This document shows, piece after piece, positions 12,399-23,559 of a stretch of 44,032 nucleotides of DNA; position 1 is the first letter of the stretch, and each line of letters starts with the position of its first letter. A program made the position numbers and the translations under genes. The notes beneath the pieces are model-generated. The model worked only from the letters and a program-made list of their open reading frames with translations, was not told where the DNA came from and searched no databases. The DNA is from Octopus bimaculoides (taxonomy: Eukaryota). The stretch spans positions 53,141,303 to 53,185,334 of the forward strand of contig NC_068995.1 of the NCBI RefSeq assembly GCF_001194135.2, written 5' to 3'.

Positions 12399-12435
12399 AT
12401 GTGTATGTATGCATATATTTGTATATGTATATATA

Positions 12436-12484
<49 letters not shown>

Positions 12485-12994
12485 GTATAAATATACACAT
12501 ACATACGTACACACTACACATAGATGTGTGTAAATGGAGGAGGGGTCTGCGTGGGTGTATGGCTGTGTGGTTATATGTGTGCGTGTGTGGTATCTGCAGA
12601 AATTTACCGCACCGGCTGAGTATTAACAGCTTTCAAATGCAATTGATCCAAAATCTAGTGTAATTGTGTTTATTTTAGGCGTAAATAAATAAATAACGAA
12701 AGAAAGAAAGAAAAGCAGAAAGGAAAAAAAGAAAGAAGAAAAGAAGAGAAGAAATAAAGAAAGACGGGAAGCAATCCAAGCATGGCCGGATTCTTCTGGT
12801 AGTAAATCATAATTTAAGGAATACAATAATTAAATACGATACGTTGCTATATATGAATACTTTAATTAATCTAGGGGTTTCACAGGCGACAGGGATCCTG
12901 TCTAAAAGCCTTAAAGTATTGACATTCAGGAGAGATGTCCCCATTGAGTTCGACTTAGCCTTTAATTTTTTTATCCTTTGCTGGTTTCGATCAT

Positions 12995-13150
12995 TGGAAT
13001 GCGGCCATGCTCTGGGGCAGCGCCTTTCACAGTTTACTCGAACGGTTCGGTCCCAGTCTGGTACTTATTCAAGCTGTCACTTTTGCCGAACTGCTAAGTT
13101 ACGGGAGTATATGCAAACTGACGTCGGTTGTCAAGCGTTGGAGAGGACAA
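12995..13150 (-). mobile_element. SINE family B copy
   Basis: GCGGCCATGCT..GGGGCAGCGCC and TTTTGCCGAACTGCTAAGTTACGGG match family B. Confidence 0.8.
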
Positions 13151-14234
13151 GCATAAACACAAATACAGACAAGTACGAGAGAGGGGGAGTGGTTCTGCAC
13201 AAAGCATGTCTACTATAATACTATTCGCCGTGCTGGCTATTCAGCAAAACGAAACATCAGCATCAGCATCGTAACACTTTCTTCATTAATCCAGTGTTGG
13301 GAGGGAAAGAGGTGACGGGGTTAAGTAGAAGATGTTACCGGAAGTCTTCAGCTTTGACCTTGCACACAGGAGACCATAGGGTGATCGTCGTTTCAGCTAT
13401 GTTGTGCTGAGCTTTCACTCATCGAAACGACGAGAGAGTTCACCATTTTCTCCATTACAAAAACACGGTCCATAAATTTGAGTATTTAAAGAGTTAAGAA
13501 ATATATAGATATTAAGAATACACGGTACCATCGCTACTATCAAAACGGTGGCTTATAAATTCCATTAAGATGTGAAGCAAGAAGAGACAGTTTTTTTCCT
13601 CATAAAGGTTACTAAAGTAAGTTATTAAGTTAGTACAAAATTCGTTTCTTTATACAAATCTTAATTACAATTATTAAAATATATTACTAATATAAGATAA
13701 GATTGACAGGTCTTGAACGTAGAGTGACAAACGTTACAAATTTTATAACTTGCAGCAAATCTTGTTTACTTTTTTCTTTCTTTCTTTTAATTTCGGCCAT
13801 TTTCATCATCCAGCTAGGAATTTGCTAAAATTATTTTCGGCAAGAATAAATATATTTCTCTTATCATCTGAAGAATTTCTGTCTGTTCTGTTTAGGAGGC
13901 AAACACAATCGATTTCTACAATCGTAAAACAACCCAAAACGCAGAATTCCGAAAGTCACAAAAGACTAATTGCAATGTCGCAATATATTTATGTCTAACG
14001 GCTGCGAAAACAATTATTCTTAGCTCTCTTCTTCTTCTCCTTCTTCTATCTTTATCATCCCCACAACTTACAACTTATCTCCGAAATATTCGTACTACTT
14101 TCACTTTCACTTTTACTTGTAGACTTGGTCGGTTTGGGGGGAAGGACAGAAATATTTGCCTTGTAACCTTTACCAATAAACGAACAGACAACATAAATAC
14201 ATTTCACAGAATTTTTATATTTATCACCTCCCGT

Positions 14235-14235
<1 letters not shown>

Positions 14236-14302
<67 letters not shown>
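14236..14302. repeat. (TAG)n microsatellite
   Basis: Directly visible. Confidence 0.99.
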
Positions 14303-14303
<1 letters not shown>

Positions 14304-14490
14304 AGTGGTTTGGAAAACTGCATACAACTTATGTTTGAATCTATGTGTATGTTTTGTGTGTGTGTGTGTATGCATATGTGTACTCGTGCATGCGTATGTG
14401 TGTGCGCTTGTGTTTGCATGTATAACAAACTACTGTTCTTCTGAAATCCTCTGCACTTTCTCAAATGTAATAACAACAACAATAATAATA

Positions 14491-14937
14491 ATTTCAAACT
14501 TTGGCCCAAAGAAAGTACTTTTAAGCGGAGGGAGTTACCATCGTTACCATCAATCCCAGTACTTGGATGGTACTTTATTTTATCGGCGCTAGGAAAACAA
14601 AAGGAAAACTTGACCCTAGCGGGATTTGAACTCAGAGCATGAAGAGCCAGAACAAGTACGTCAACGCATATTTCGCGATGCTCTAACGAATAGTAACAAC
14701 AGCAACAATAATTCTTTCTACGATAGGAACAAAGCTTGAAATTTTGGCGGAGTGAGGTTCGTCAATTACATCCACCTCGGCAATCAACTGGTACTTATTT
14801 CACTCGACCCCGAAAGAAATGAAAGGCAAAGTCGACTTCGGAAGGATTTAAACTCAGATCGTAAGGAACGTAAAGCCGTACGAAATGCCGGTAAGCATCT
14901 TATCCGGCCTGCCAACAATTCAGACAGTTCGCCGTCA
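14491..14937 (-). mobile_element. Two diverged SINE family A copies (14491-14690 and 14711-14937)
   Basis: Family-A body motifs CCCAGTAC..GGTACTT, GACCCCGAAAG, GAAAGGCAAAGTCGAC and AACTCAGA. Confidence 0.85.
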
Positions 14938-15211
14938 TTAACAGCAACAAGAGTAACAAGAAAACTTGCACCAAAGCTGCGTGAGAGCAGTGTCCGACGT
15001 AGAATGCAGACCATTATATAGCTTCTTTTATTCTCCTCTTCCGTTTTACTTTGACATGCGCATTGCGTTTTTATCCTGCGTGTGTGTGTGTGTGTGTGGA
15101 AATAACGAGCTGAAACAATGCATATGACCTCAGCTAATTTAAATCGGTTGGGTGAGATTTTCTCCGCTTGTTGATCCACTCGTGTGTGTCAGTGTACGTG
15201 AGATTGTGTAG

Positions 15212-15221
<10 letters not shown>

Positions 15222-15255
<34 letters not shown>

Positions 15256-15312
15256 GCATACATACATACACACAATCATACATACATACAGATACATGTG
15301 TGCATACAGGTG

Positions 15313-15386
<74 letters not shown>
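15222..15386. repeat. (TA)n/(CATA)n microsatellites
   Basis: Directly visible. Confidence 0.97.
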
Positions 15387-15390
<4 letters not shown>

Positions 15391-15821
15391 TGTGTTTGTG
15401 TTTGCGTGTGTGTATTTCACTGATGTAACATGGTTATTTGTAGACGGACATGAAGTTCATTTTTGCTACCCTTTCTTTCTTTCTCTATCTTTCTTTCTTT
15501 CTTTCTTTCTGCGTGTCTTTCTTTCTTTCTTTCATTTTTCTTTTCTGTCGTTGTTGTTGTGGATAGAGGTGAACATTTATTTTGTTGTTTCTGCAGCTTT
15601 GCTTTTGGATTTTATCGATATTAGTTATTGCTGCTGCTGCTGCTGTTGTTGTTGTTGTTAAGAGGACATTTTTCGACTTTGATGTTGTTTGGGCAGAGAA
15701 TTAATACTTTCATGTTTGTTGGGCAACAGCGGATGGCTTTGATCTCTTCATAGACAGATATGCGTTTAGATGTCACCCGAGCCATGGGTACAAATTATCT
15801 CATACAAATACACACACACAC

Positions 15822-15856
<35 letters not shown>

Positions 15857-16312
15857 TACACACACATATGTGTGTGCATATATCTGTGCAGTTATGTGTG
15901 AGAATGTCTGCCTTCCGTTTGTATATTTGTGAGTGTTATTAATAACAGTGGGCGAGTATTATCCGTTGCGGATTTTTTTTTCAAGTTACCACCAGACAAG
16001 AAGTGCATAATAATTTCCAAGCTATACTTATCCACATACACAAAAATGTATCCGTGCATGTTTGTGTATGTGTGTCTGTATGTATGTATGTATGTTTTTG
16101 TATGTGGCCCTTTTCTTTCTTCGGTTCTTTTTTCTCCTCGACTTCCTCTTCCATTTCAACTCTCCGCCGCTTTCATGCTTCTTGTTTTCCGTCTCTTGCA
16201 TCGTCTCCATTTTATATTATATAATATGTAATCTTGTGTATGGAATCTAAGTGTTCACAACTCCTACTGTTATTGCGTGATCTTTCGTGATTTCAAAGCA
16301 TTAGCGCCAGTT

Positions 16313-17189
16313 NNNNNNNNNNNNNNNNNNNNNNNNNNNNNNNNNNNNNNNNNNNNNNNNNNNNNNNNNNNNNNNNNNNNNNNNNNNNNNNNNNNNNNNN
16401 NNNNNNNNNNNNNNNNNNNNNNNNNNNNNNNNNNNNNNNNNNNNNNNNNNNNNNNNNNNNNNNNNNNNNNNNNNNNNNNNNNNNNNNNNNNNNNNNNNNN
16501 NNNNNNNNNNNNNNNNNNNNNNNNNNNNNNNNNNNNNNNNNNNNNNNNNNNNNNNNNNNNNNNNNNNNNNNNNNNNNNNNNNNNNNNNNNNNNNNNNNNN
16601 NNNNNNNNNNNNNNNNNNNNNNNNNNNNNNNNNNNNNNNNNNNNNNNNNNNNNNNNNNNNNNNNNNNNNNNNNNNNNNNNNNNNNNNNNNNNNNNNNNNN
16701 NNNNNNNNNNNNNNNNNNNNNNNNNNNNNNNNNNNNNNNNNNNNNNNNNNNNNNNNNNNNNNNNNNNNNNNNNNNNNNNNNNNNNNNNNNNNNNNNNNNN
16801 NNNNNNNNNNNNNNNNNNNNNNNNNNNNNNNNNNNNNNNNNNNNNNNNNNNNNNNNNNNNNNNNNNNNNNNNNNNNNNNNNNNNNNNNNNNNNNNNNNNN
16901 NNNNNNNNNNNNNNNNNNNNNNNNNNNNNNNNNNNNNNNNNNNNNNNNNNNNNNNNNNNNNNNNNNNNNNNNNNNNNNNNNNNNNNNNNNNNNNNNNNNN
17001 NNNNNNNNNNNNNNNNNNNNNNNNNNNNNNNNNNNNNNNNNNNNNNNNNNNNNNNNNNNNNNNNNNNNNNNNNNNNNNNNNNNNNNNNNNNNNNNNNNNN
17101 NNNNNNNNNNNNNNNNNNNNNNNNNNNNNNNNNNNNNNNNNNNNNNNNNNNNNNNNNNNNNNNNNNNNNNNNNNNNNNNNNNNNNNNNN
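16313..17189. other. Assembly gap
   Basis: N run. Confidence 0.99.
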
Positions 17190-17204
17190 ATATATATATA
17201 TATA

Positions 17205-17325
17205 TATATAGCAGACGAACTTCAAGAGTTTCAGTCTATTAAATTTGTCCATGATGCTGCGCAGTGGGATTGAACACGAAACCGCGTGATTACAAAGACA
17301 ATTTTCTTAACCCAACAGCCATATC
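17205..17325 (-). mobile_element. Internally deleted SINE family C copy
   Basis: Tail GACGAACTTC..AGTTTC.GTCTA plus head GCGCAGTGGGATTGAAC...CTTAACCCAACAGCCAT. Confidence 0.65.
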
Positions 17326-17359
17326 TTTACTATGATCAGAAGTTTTTCTTTCTCTCCCT

Positions 17360-17990
17360 GCCTTGTATTTTTTAAGTCCTGAAGTCCTATTTATGTATTC
17401 GTTTACAATTTTTTGTTTTAATCATTCGTAACGCACAAATAGCTATAGGGACTGTTTCTGTTTGCAATCCCTATATCCTGGTTATCTCTATTTCCAGATC
17501 TTCGTATTAGGATAATTTGTTCATTTCTTTAAACAAGATCCATGGTCGTCTGATGGGACTACAACTTCGATGAGAAGACGCATCCCTTCAAACCGGTCCT
17601 TCACAACAATATCTGGTCAATTATTTTTAATCCCATTGTATGCAGTGAACCAGCATATCACAGACTATGTTTGTTTTATAATCCTCTGAGCCCCTTGTTG
17701 CTGTATCTGTACACCATGTCCTTTCTGTTAGTATTTCATAATACTGAGATAATTTCCATTGTATGAATGAGTTAACGCTGTGATCGCTGTATAAGTGTTC
17801 TCTGGAGTAAGAGTGAGTGGCCAACGATAAAGTACATAATTATATTTTCCACCTCCTAAAATCACATATCTACAGTCACTCCAATACATCATTACATGCT
17901 TTAAGTGGTTTGCTATGACAAGGCTTTGATCTTGTGTACAATCAGAATTCTTTGTATCCAGCTTTGAATCCTGCGTTTCTCAAACAAAGT
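17360..17990 (-). pseudogene. Fossil 3' part of an RLE-type non-LTR retrotransposon ORF (zinc-knuckle region plus restriction-like endonuclease)
   Basis: Manual - strand translation across stops and frameshifts gives LRNAGFKA..QDQSL..KHVM..CR, then IQWKLSQYY..CDMLVH, N*PDIVVKD..LLIEVVVP, and KEMNKLS*YEDLEIEITRI*GLQTETVPI. These match the RLE pattern NRPDIVVKD..LID..P..KE.EKLSKY.DLEIE..RMW.L.T.T.PI of R4/NeSL/Utopia-type elements. ORF-track entry 17627-17824 is part of it. Confidence 0.85.
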
Positions 17991-18014
17991 TACGATTATT
18001 ATTATTATTATTAT

Positions 18015-18175
18015 TATTTTTGTTTGTAGATCTACTTTATCCATGGAAGAACCGATGGAACAAGTAACATATTTGAAAAAATAAGTATTAGGGTCGATTT
18101 GTTCCACTGAAACCTTTCAAGGCAGTGGCTCAGCATGGCTGCAGTCCAATGATTGAAGCAAGTGAAAGATAAAAA
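18015..18175 (+). mobile_element. Diverged SINE family B copy preceded by (ATT)n
   Basis: AATAAGTATTAGGGTCGATTTGTTCCACTGAAA..CAGCATGGCTGCAGTCCAATGATTGAAGCAAGT. Confidence 0.75.
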
Positions 18176-18555
18176 ATAATTATTGACTTCCATGAAAACA
18201 GAAAACTGTTTTTGTTTTACTCGTGTTTTGTAGTTAATTATATTAATTTTCCGTTCTTTTTTACCAGATGCTTTGTAGTCCTATGGCGGATATTTTACGA
18301 TTGTTTCCCAGATACACTTTTTTACCTCCCTGTATCCATGGCAATATAATCCATCTATTTCAGATGTTTTAGTAGTATATTCTAAATACAGCAATTAATT
18401 TTCTCATTTTTCTGTTTACTTTCGCTAATTAACTTAGCGTCTAATAAAGAATATTTCAACTATAATTTATAACAAGGACAACAAGAGCATCGACGCTTAT
18501 TAACTTCATTCTTGAATTTCGGTCTCTTTTAAGTATTGATTCCATCCATTTATAA

Positions 18556-18775
18556 TATCATATTTTCCGATATACAAATCGAGTTTTTTAGACCATAATT
18601 TACAGCAAAGAAGACAAAAGAAAAAAAAAAGAAGAAATAGGTCGACTTATACACCAAGACAACTTTAGACGAGCAAAAATTCCATATGAAATACAGCAGG
18701 ATTTGGAAAGATAGTGGCGATGTTTAAATGTTTTCACTATATACTATGTCGACTTGTATACCGAAAATAACGCTA
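18556..18775. mobile_element. ~216-bp Tc1/mariner-superfamily MITE (Tc2/pogo-like) with imperfect TIRs and TA flanks
   Basis: Left end TA-TCATATTTTCCGATATACAAATCGA versus reverse-complemented right end TA-GCGTTATTTTCGGTATACAAGTCGA; an internal repeat GTCGACTTATACAC lies at ~18641. Confidence 0.65.
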
Positions 18776-19329
18776 TTCTTTTCTAAACAGCTTTTTTTAA
18801 AAATTATTTATGTATATTTTGTACACTAGCAGGTTTATTGGTTTCTAATTATTTATAAGTCTGTGTTTGGATTAATTCTTTATCATGCTTGAAGCTGTTG
18901 TACTTGATTAATTTTTCTCTCTTCCATGTCGTTCAGCCTCTTCTTTAGAACCTAATCTCATATCAATTCTATTTAATCCGTGTAGTATTAAATAGTTATT
19001 TATCGTCTGCCACGTACAACTTTGTTGCGCATATTAAAAAAAAAGTCTTAACACCGCATTTGTATCCGAGTTCAATCTGCTCAAAGGTATTAATACTAGA
19101 CAGAAAAAAAAATGAGTGGAGTATTTTCGTGACATATTCTTCCTTTTAAGTTTTATAATTCGATATCTGATATTTTGTTGGTTAGCTTCGAGAATGTATC
19201 TTCTGAACTTTGTTGGAATCGAAAGTTACTTTAAGTTCAGGCATGAGAAACCAAACCATGACATAGCGTGACAAGGCTTTAATTCCAAATTATCGATATA
19301 ATCCATCTTAAGAACTTCCAAGCAAACAA

Positions 19330-19570
19330 TTTCCGTGAATCCAATTTCGTTCACAAGGTCGTACTGCACGACATTCGACGAAGACGCCGTACAGCCGAGT
19401 TCGAATCCGAAAAGACGTGACTCCGAAACAAACATTCGTTCACATTAAACGCATGCGCACTAAATGCATAACTAAATGTCCTGGTTAAAGTCAACACAGA
19501 ACCAAAAGAAAAACCAACAATACTAAAACAAATCTGTCTATAGGCTATCGACAAAATTTCAGCCAATGAT
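19330..19570 (-). promoter_or_regulatory. CpG-rich promoter-like segment (NRF1-type CGCATGCGCA 19450-19459; CCAAT 19563-19567)
   Basis: Motifs and the local CpG excess are visible; function is inferred only. Confidence 0.3.
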
Positions 19571-20074
19571 TATGAGAAAGAAGAAATAAACCCAACAAAT
19601 TCAAACAAAGCAGATGATGTTTTATTCTGACAAACATATTAACGTTTAATAGGATGCATTATCTGTTGTCGTTTATTTTATTCTTTTTGCCTTTATTTAT
19701 CTTTCATATTATCCCATATTATTTACATCGAAGATCAATACTGCTGAAGCAACCATTTCTCTTCAACTCTCTCTGACTGTATTTTTCTTTTCCTTCTCAT
19801 TTTCTTTTCTTTTTTCTTTTGTTTATCATTTGTTTGTTGTTACATTTTTGTTATTTTCTTTTTACAACCTAAAGTATTCCGAAAATGAAGAAGGGAAAAG
19901 AAAAAGGAAAAAGGATAAAATAGATTATATAAATTCGTCTTAACACTGTACAAACATTCTCAAATGTGTCCGAATGGAATTTAGCCAAAACAAATAGCAA
20001 AAGCTAACGAAAAGCAAAGCAAAATCTATCGAGGGCGAAAGCATAGGAGATCAGCAGGAACGGATTTAAAGCAC

Positions 20075-20087
20075 ATGTACGTGTGCA

Positions 20088-20149
<62 letters not shown>

Positions 20150-20295
20150 CACGGATGGATGGATGGATGGATGGATGGATGGACGGATGGATGCATATGT
20201 ATGAATGTGTATGTATATGTATATGCGTATGTACGCATGCATGTATGGATGTATGTATGTATGCATGCATGCATGTATGTATGTATGTATGTATG
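20075..20295. repeat. Compound (TA)n-(TG)n-(GGAT)n-(TATG)n microsatellite
   Basis: Directly visible. Confidence 0.97.
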
Positions 20296-20519
20296 CACTG
20301 TGTATAATTCATGTTTACTTTTCTCTTTTAATCTCTACAGCTTCTTTAGAGACTTCTATCAATTCTACAGCCCCAAAACTATGGAATATCCAATTCTCTG
20401 CGACACACACATAAACACATACACACACCTGCACGCCCATACACTGAAATAATTGTTAAGCCCTGGATAGACAGTGTATGCTTGATAACCGGTGCTAGTG
20501 TGTTTACGTCCCCATAATA

Positions 20520-20750
20520 TTCATAAATGATTTGTACGCTTTTTAATTTGCATTATATTTGATTTTCCACTTTTGTATTGAGTTTTAGGTTGTTTTTCTT
20601 AATTTTATGCTTTTAAATATAATTGTTGTGACCAACGTAAAGTTTGATAAATCGACTGAAACTGAGTCGGACTTTTCCATTAATTCCTTAAGAAAAAAAA
20701 ACTTAAAATCGAAAGAGATTTAACTCGAAACGACATAAGGTGAGATATAA
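20520..20750 (-). mobile_element. Second, more diverged copy of the Tigger-like end at 4200-4448
   Basis: Shares ATTTGATTTTCCACTT..GTATTG, CGACTGAA and AAAATCGAAAGAGA..TAACTCGA..CG..TAAG.TGAGATAT with the first copy. Confidence 0.6.
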
Positions 20751-21094
20751 CTTTGTTACTTTGAATTTATGTACCTGGAATTCACACTACACCAATAATA
20801 CATGTCCTATCAATTAATGACCAAGATGCTGGGATCATAATGTCTTCGATCAGAGTTATACACAGCCTTCGTGTATCTGTTTTGTGTCGACGCACCCAGG
20901 CGAAGAAGTAGGATCTCCCAAGACATACAAATAGAGATAGTCTGGCCGTGGTAGGTGTTGAGTAGCAGTCGAGTAGCAGTTGTGTAGCGGTTGAGTAGAG
21001 CTCATCCGAAGGTGCTAGATGGCAGTAGCGTTGAGACATAATAATCTGGAACAAGAACATACTACGATTGGAGTAATTTCTTTGAATATTGTTT

Positions 21095-21435
21095 TTGGTT
21101 TAAGGTTAAAGACCCCCATCGATCATGTATCACCATGGGATTGCACTTAGAAAGTTCCCCTCCGAGGCATAAATCTGAGCAAGGTTGTTTATGGAAGACC
21201 AGCAGTGACCCATGCATACCAGCCTCCCTTCTCCTCGCCACCGATTTTATCCAAGGGAAAAACAAAGGCTGATACAGCTTGGCACCAGTCACATCGCAAC
21301 TCATTTCTACGGTTGAGTGAATTGGACCAACGAGAAATAAAGTGTCATGTTCAAGGATACAACACACAGCCCGGTCCAGGAATCGAACTCACCATCTCAT
21401 TGTTGTGAGCCCGACGTTCTAACCACTTAGCCATG
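21095..21435 (-). mobile_element. Full-length tRNA-derived CORE-type SINE (family D) with long 3' tail
   Basis: The - strand carries head ATGGCTAAGTGGTTAGAAC, B-box GAGTTCGATTCC and CORE GTGTTGTATCCTTGAACATGACACTTTATTTC. Confidence 0.85.
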
Positions 21436-22192
21436 TAGTAAAACAGGATTTTTGTGTCGTCTGCATAACAAACCAATACAACAATACAGGAGTTGTTTAA
21501 AGCCTATTACTTTCTTTATAGTCGCCATCTTTACATCTTTATTTTCGACGATTTATAATTGGCGGCACAACGAATATCAACGACAGGCCTTTCATATCAC
21601 CCTTTTGCTCGTATTCATCAGTTTTTTTTCTTTCATGACGTTCATCAATTATTTGTGAAACTTCTGGATCCTTCTCTACATATTCTTCAGTTATATTCTG
21701 TGCAATCCTATTCTTTACTTACATGTTCAAAGTCATGAAACAGTAGCATCATACACGATGAAAATCCAACAAACTCATCCGATGATATTTTTCTCTCTTC
21801 TGTCAATCTCTTCCCCTTACACATTATCCTTTTCGTTAAGACAATATACACACACACACTATACTTTGTTGAACGTATATCCATAATATTATGGCATCTT
21901 CCAGTTATTGTACATTCTGCTATTTTCATGTCGAAGCCGCTTTATGATAAATTTAAAATTATTTCCACTCACGTTTTCATTAATGCCTCCTCCCCCGGCG
22001 TCTCCTCCTTTTCATCCTCTCCTCCTATTTTCTCCATTCACGAATAATTATTTCAATGTTAACGGTAGTCCATACTCTCACTCAGATGCCTGGTTACTAT
22101 GTTGTTTAGCATACTCAAACAACCTTCAGCTTGTAACGAATTGTGTAGGGTCTGTCTTCTCTGTTGTCATTGTGTAGTGTTCGCAAAGCGGT

Positions 22193-22310
22193 GTTGTCAG
22201 CTGAATAACTCAGCTGACAGCTAACAAATGCTGTCTTTAATTTCGATTGACGCCATCGTAGCTGTCAGTCTCCAAACTGGCTTGAAAAATATCATTATTT
22301 TCGATTGGCC
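22193..22310. promoter_or_regulatory. Candidate cis-regulatory cluster: inverted TGACAG/CAGCTG pair, third CTGTCA, ATTGG box
   Basis: TGTCAGCTGA-ATAAC-TCAGCTGACA at 22195-22219, CTGTCA at 22262-22267, ATTGG at 22304-22308. Confidence 0.3.
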
Positions 22311-22639
22311 GCCAACCAAATAAAATGAACGACGCTCTGTGTTGCCGGGGCTGATAAAACACATGTAAAATGCTTACCAGCTAGCATCAACAGATTTTTA
22401 AAAAAACTAATAAATATAATTAATTAATCATATGTAATATATTAATTAGTTGTATATAATTAAGTAACATAATCGGATATATGTATTTCATGTGATTTGT
22501 GAAAATAAGTTTACATTAAAATATTGAGGGTCTGCTGGCGCACACACATATACACACGTACGCACACACACACACACGTTCGCGCATATATGTATATATG
22601 TATGTATATATATAATAATAATATAAATAATATATAGGT

Positions 22640-22642
22640 AGT

Positions 22643-22692
<50 letters not shown>
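22640..22692. repeat. (AGAT)n microsatellite
   Basis: Directly visible. Confidence 0.98.
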
Positions 22693-23009
22693 TCTCTTCA
22701 TTCTCTTCCCTTACTGGTGTCTTATTCGTTTCCTTTCTCATATCTTTTCTGCTCTCAGTTACATTCTTTAAGTGCAAATACTTTGCACAAGGATTAAGAG
22801 GTTAATCCTTTCTAGTCAATCAGTTCGAAATCGAAATCAAAGGATTATTGTTCTGTATTTATTTTACATGCCAAATCCCCGCCATTCCCATAGTATTACT
22901 GCTACTACAACATCTACTGCAACATTCACCAACGCAACAACCCACCGCCGTTACTCTTCTCCCCAAATACACCCACTAACAACTTTACCAATCAAAACTG
23001 TACTATCAC

Positions 23010-23056
23010 CACTACCTCTTCTACTACAACTACTACTACTGATGCTGCTGCTGCTG

Positions 23057-23091
<35 letters not shown>

Positions 23092-23130
23092 GCTACTGCT
23101 ACTTTTACCACCACCACAACCACCACCACA

Positions 23131-23191
<61 letters not shown>

Positions 23192-23205
23192 TTGCTGCTG
23201 CTGCT
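23010..23205. repeat. Compound (CTA)n/(CTG)n/(CCA)n microsatellite
   Basis: Directly visible; explains the poly-L and poly-S ORFs. Confidence 0.97.
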
Positions 23206-23239
23206 CAACAACACAACCACTACGACACACAGAGTAACC

Positions 23240-23346
23240 TCGAATCGTTAGCACTCCGGGCAAAATGTTAGCGGTATTTCGTCAGTCTTTACGTTCTGAG
23301 TTTAAATTCCACCGAAGTCGACTTTGCCTTTTCATCCTTTCGGAGT
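23240..23346 (+). mobile_element. SINE family A, 3'-truncated
   Basis: GAATCGTTAGCACTCCGGGCAAAATG.TAGCGGTATTTCGTC...CATCCTTTCGGAGTC. Confidence 0.88.
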
Positions 23347-23354
23347 CTGGTTTC

Positions 23355-23552
23355 ATTTTGCAGAAGGCCAGCAATTTTGGGAGAGGAGTGCAAGCCGATG
23401 ATATCGATTCCAGTGCTTAACTGCTACTCATTTCATCGGCCCCGAAAGAATGAAAGGCAGAGTCGACCTCGATGGAATTTGAACTCAGAAATAAAAATGG
23501 AGGAAATACCGCTAAGCATTTTCTCTGGCATGTTAACGATTTTTTCACTCGC
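23355..23552 (-). mobile_element. SINE family A copy, inverted relative to 23240-23346
   Basis: Family-A body and head on the - strand. Confidence 0.85.
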
Positions 23553-23559
23553 CATTTTG

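Noticed and set aside
13893-14443. ~180-codon stop-free + frame without an early start codon
   Set aside because: It is largely built from C/T-rich tracts and GTA or TG repeats.
20800-20960. Possible RTE LINE 3' relic (PG..GSPKT)
   Set aside because: Similarity too weak to call without an alignment.
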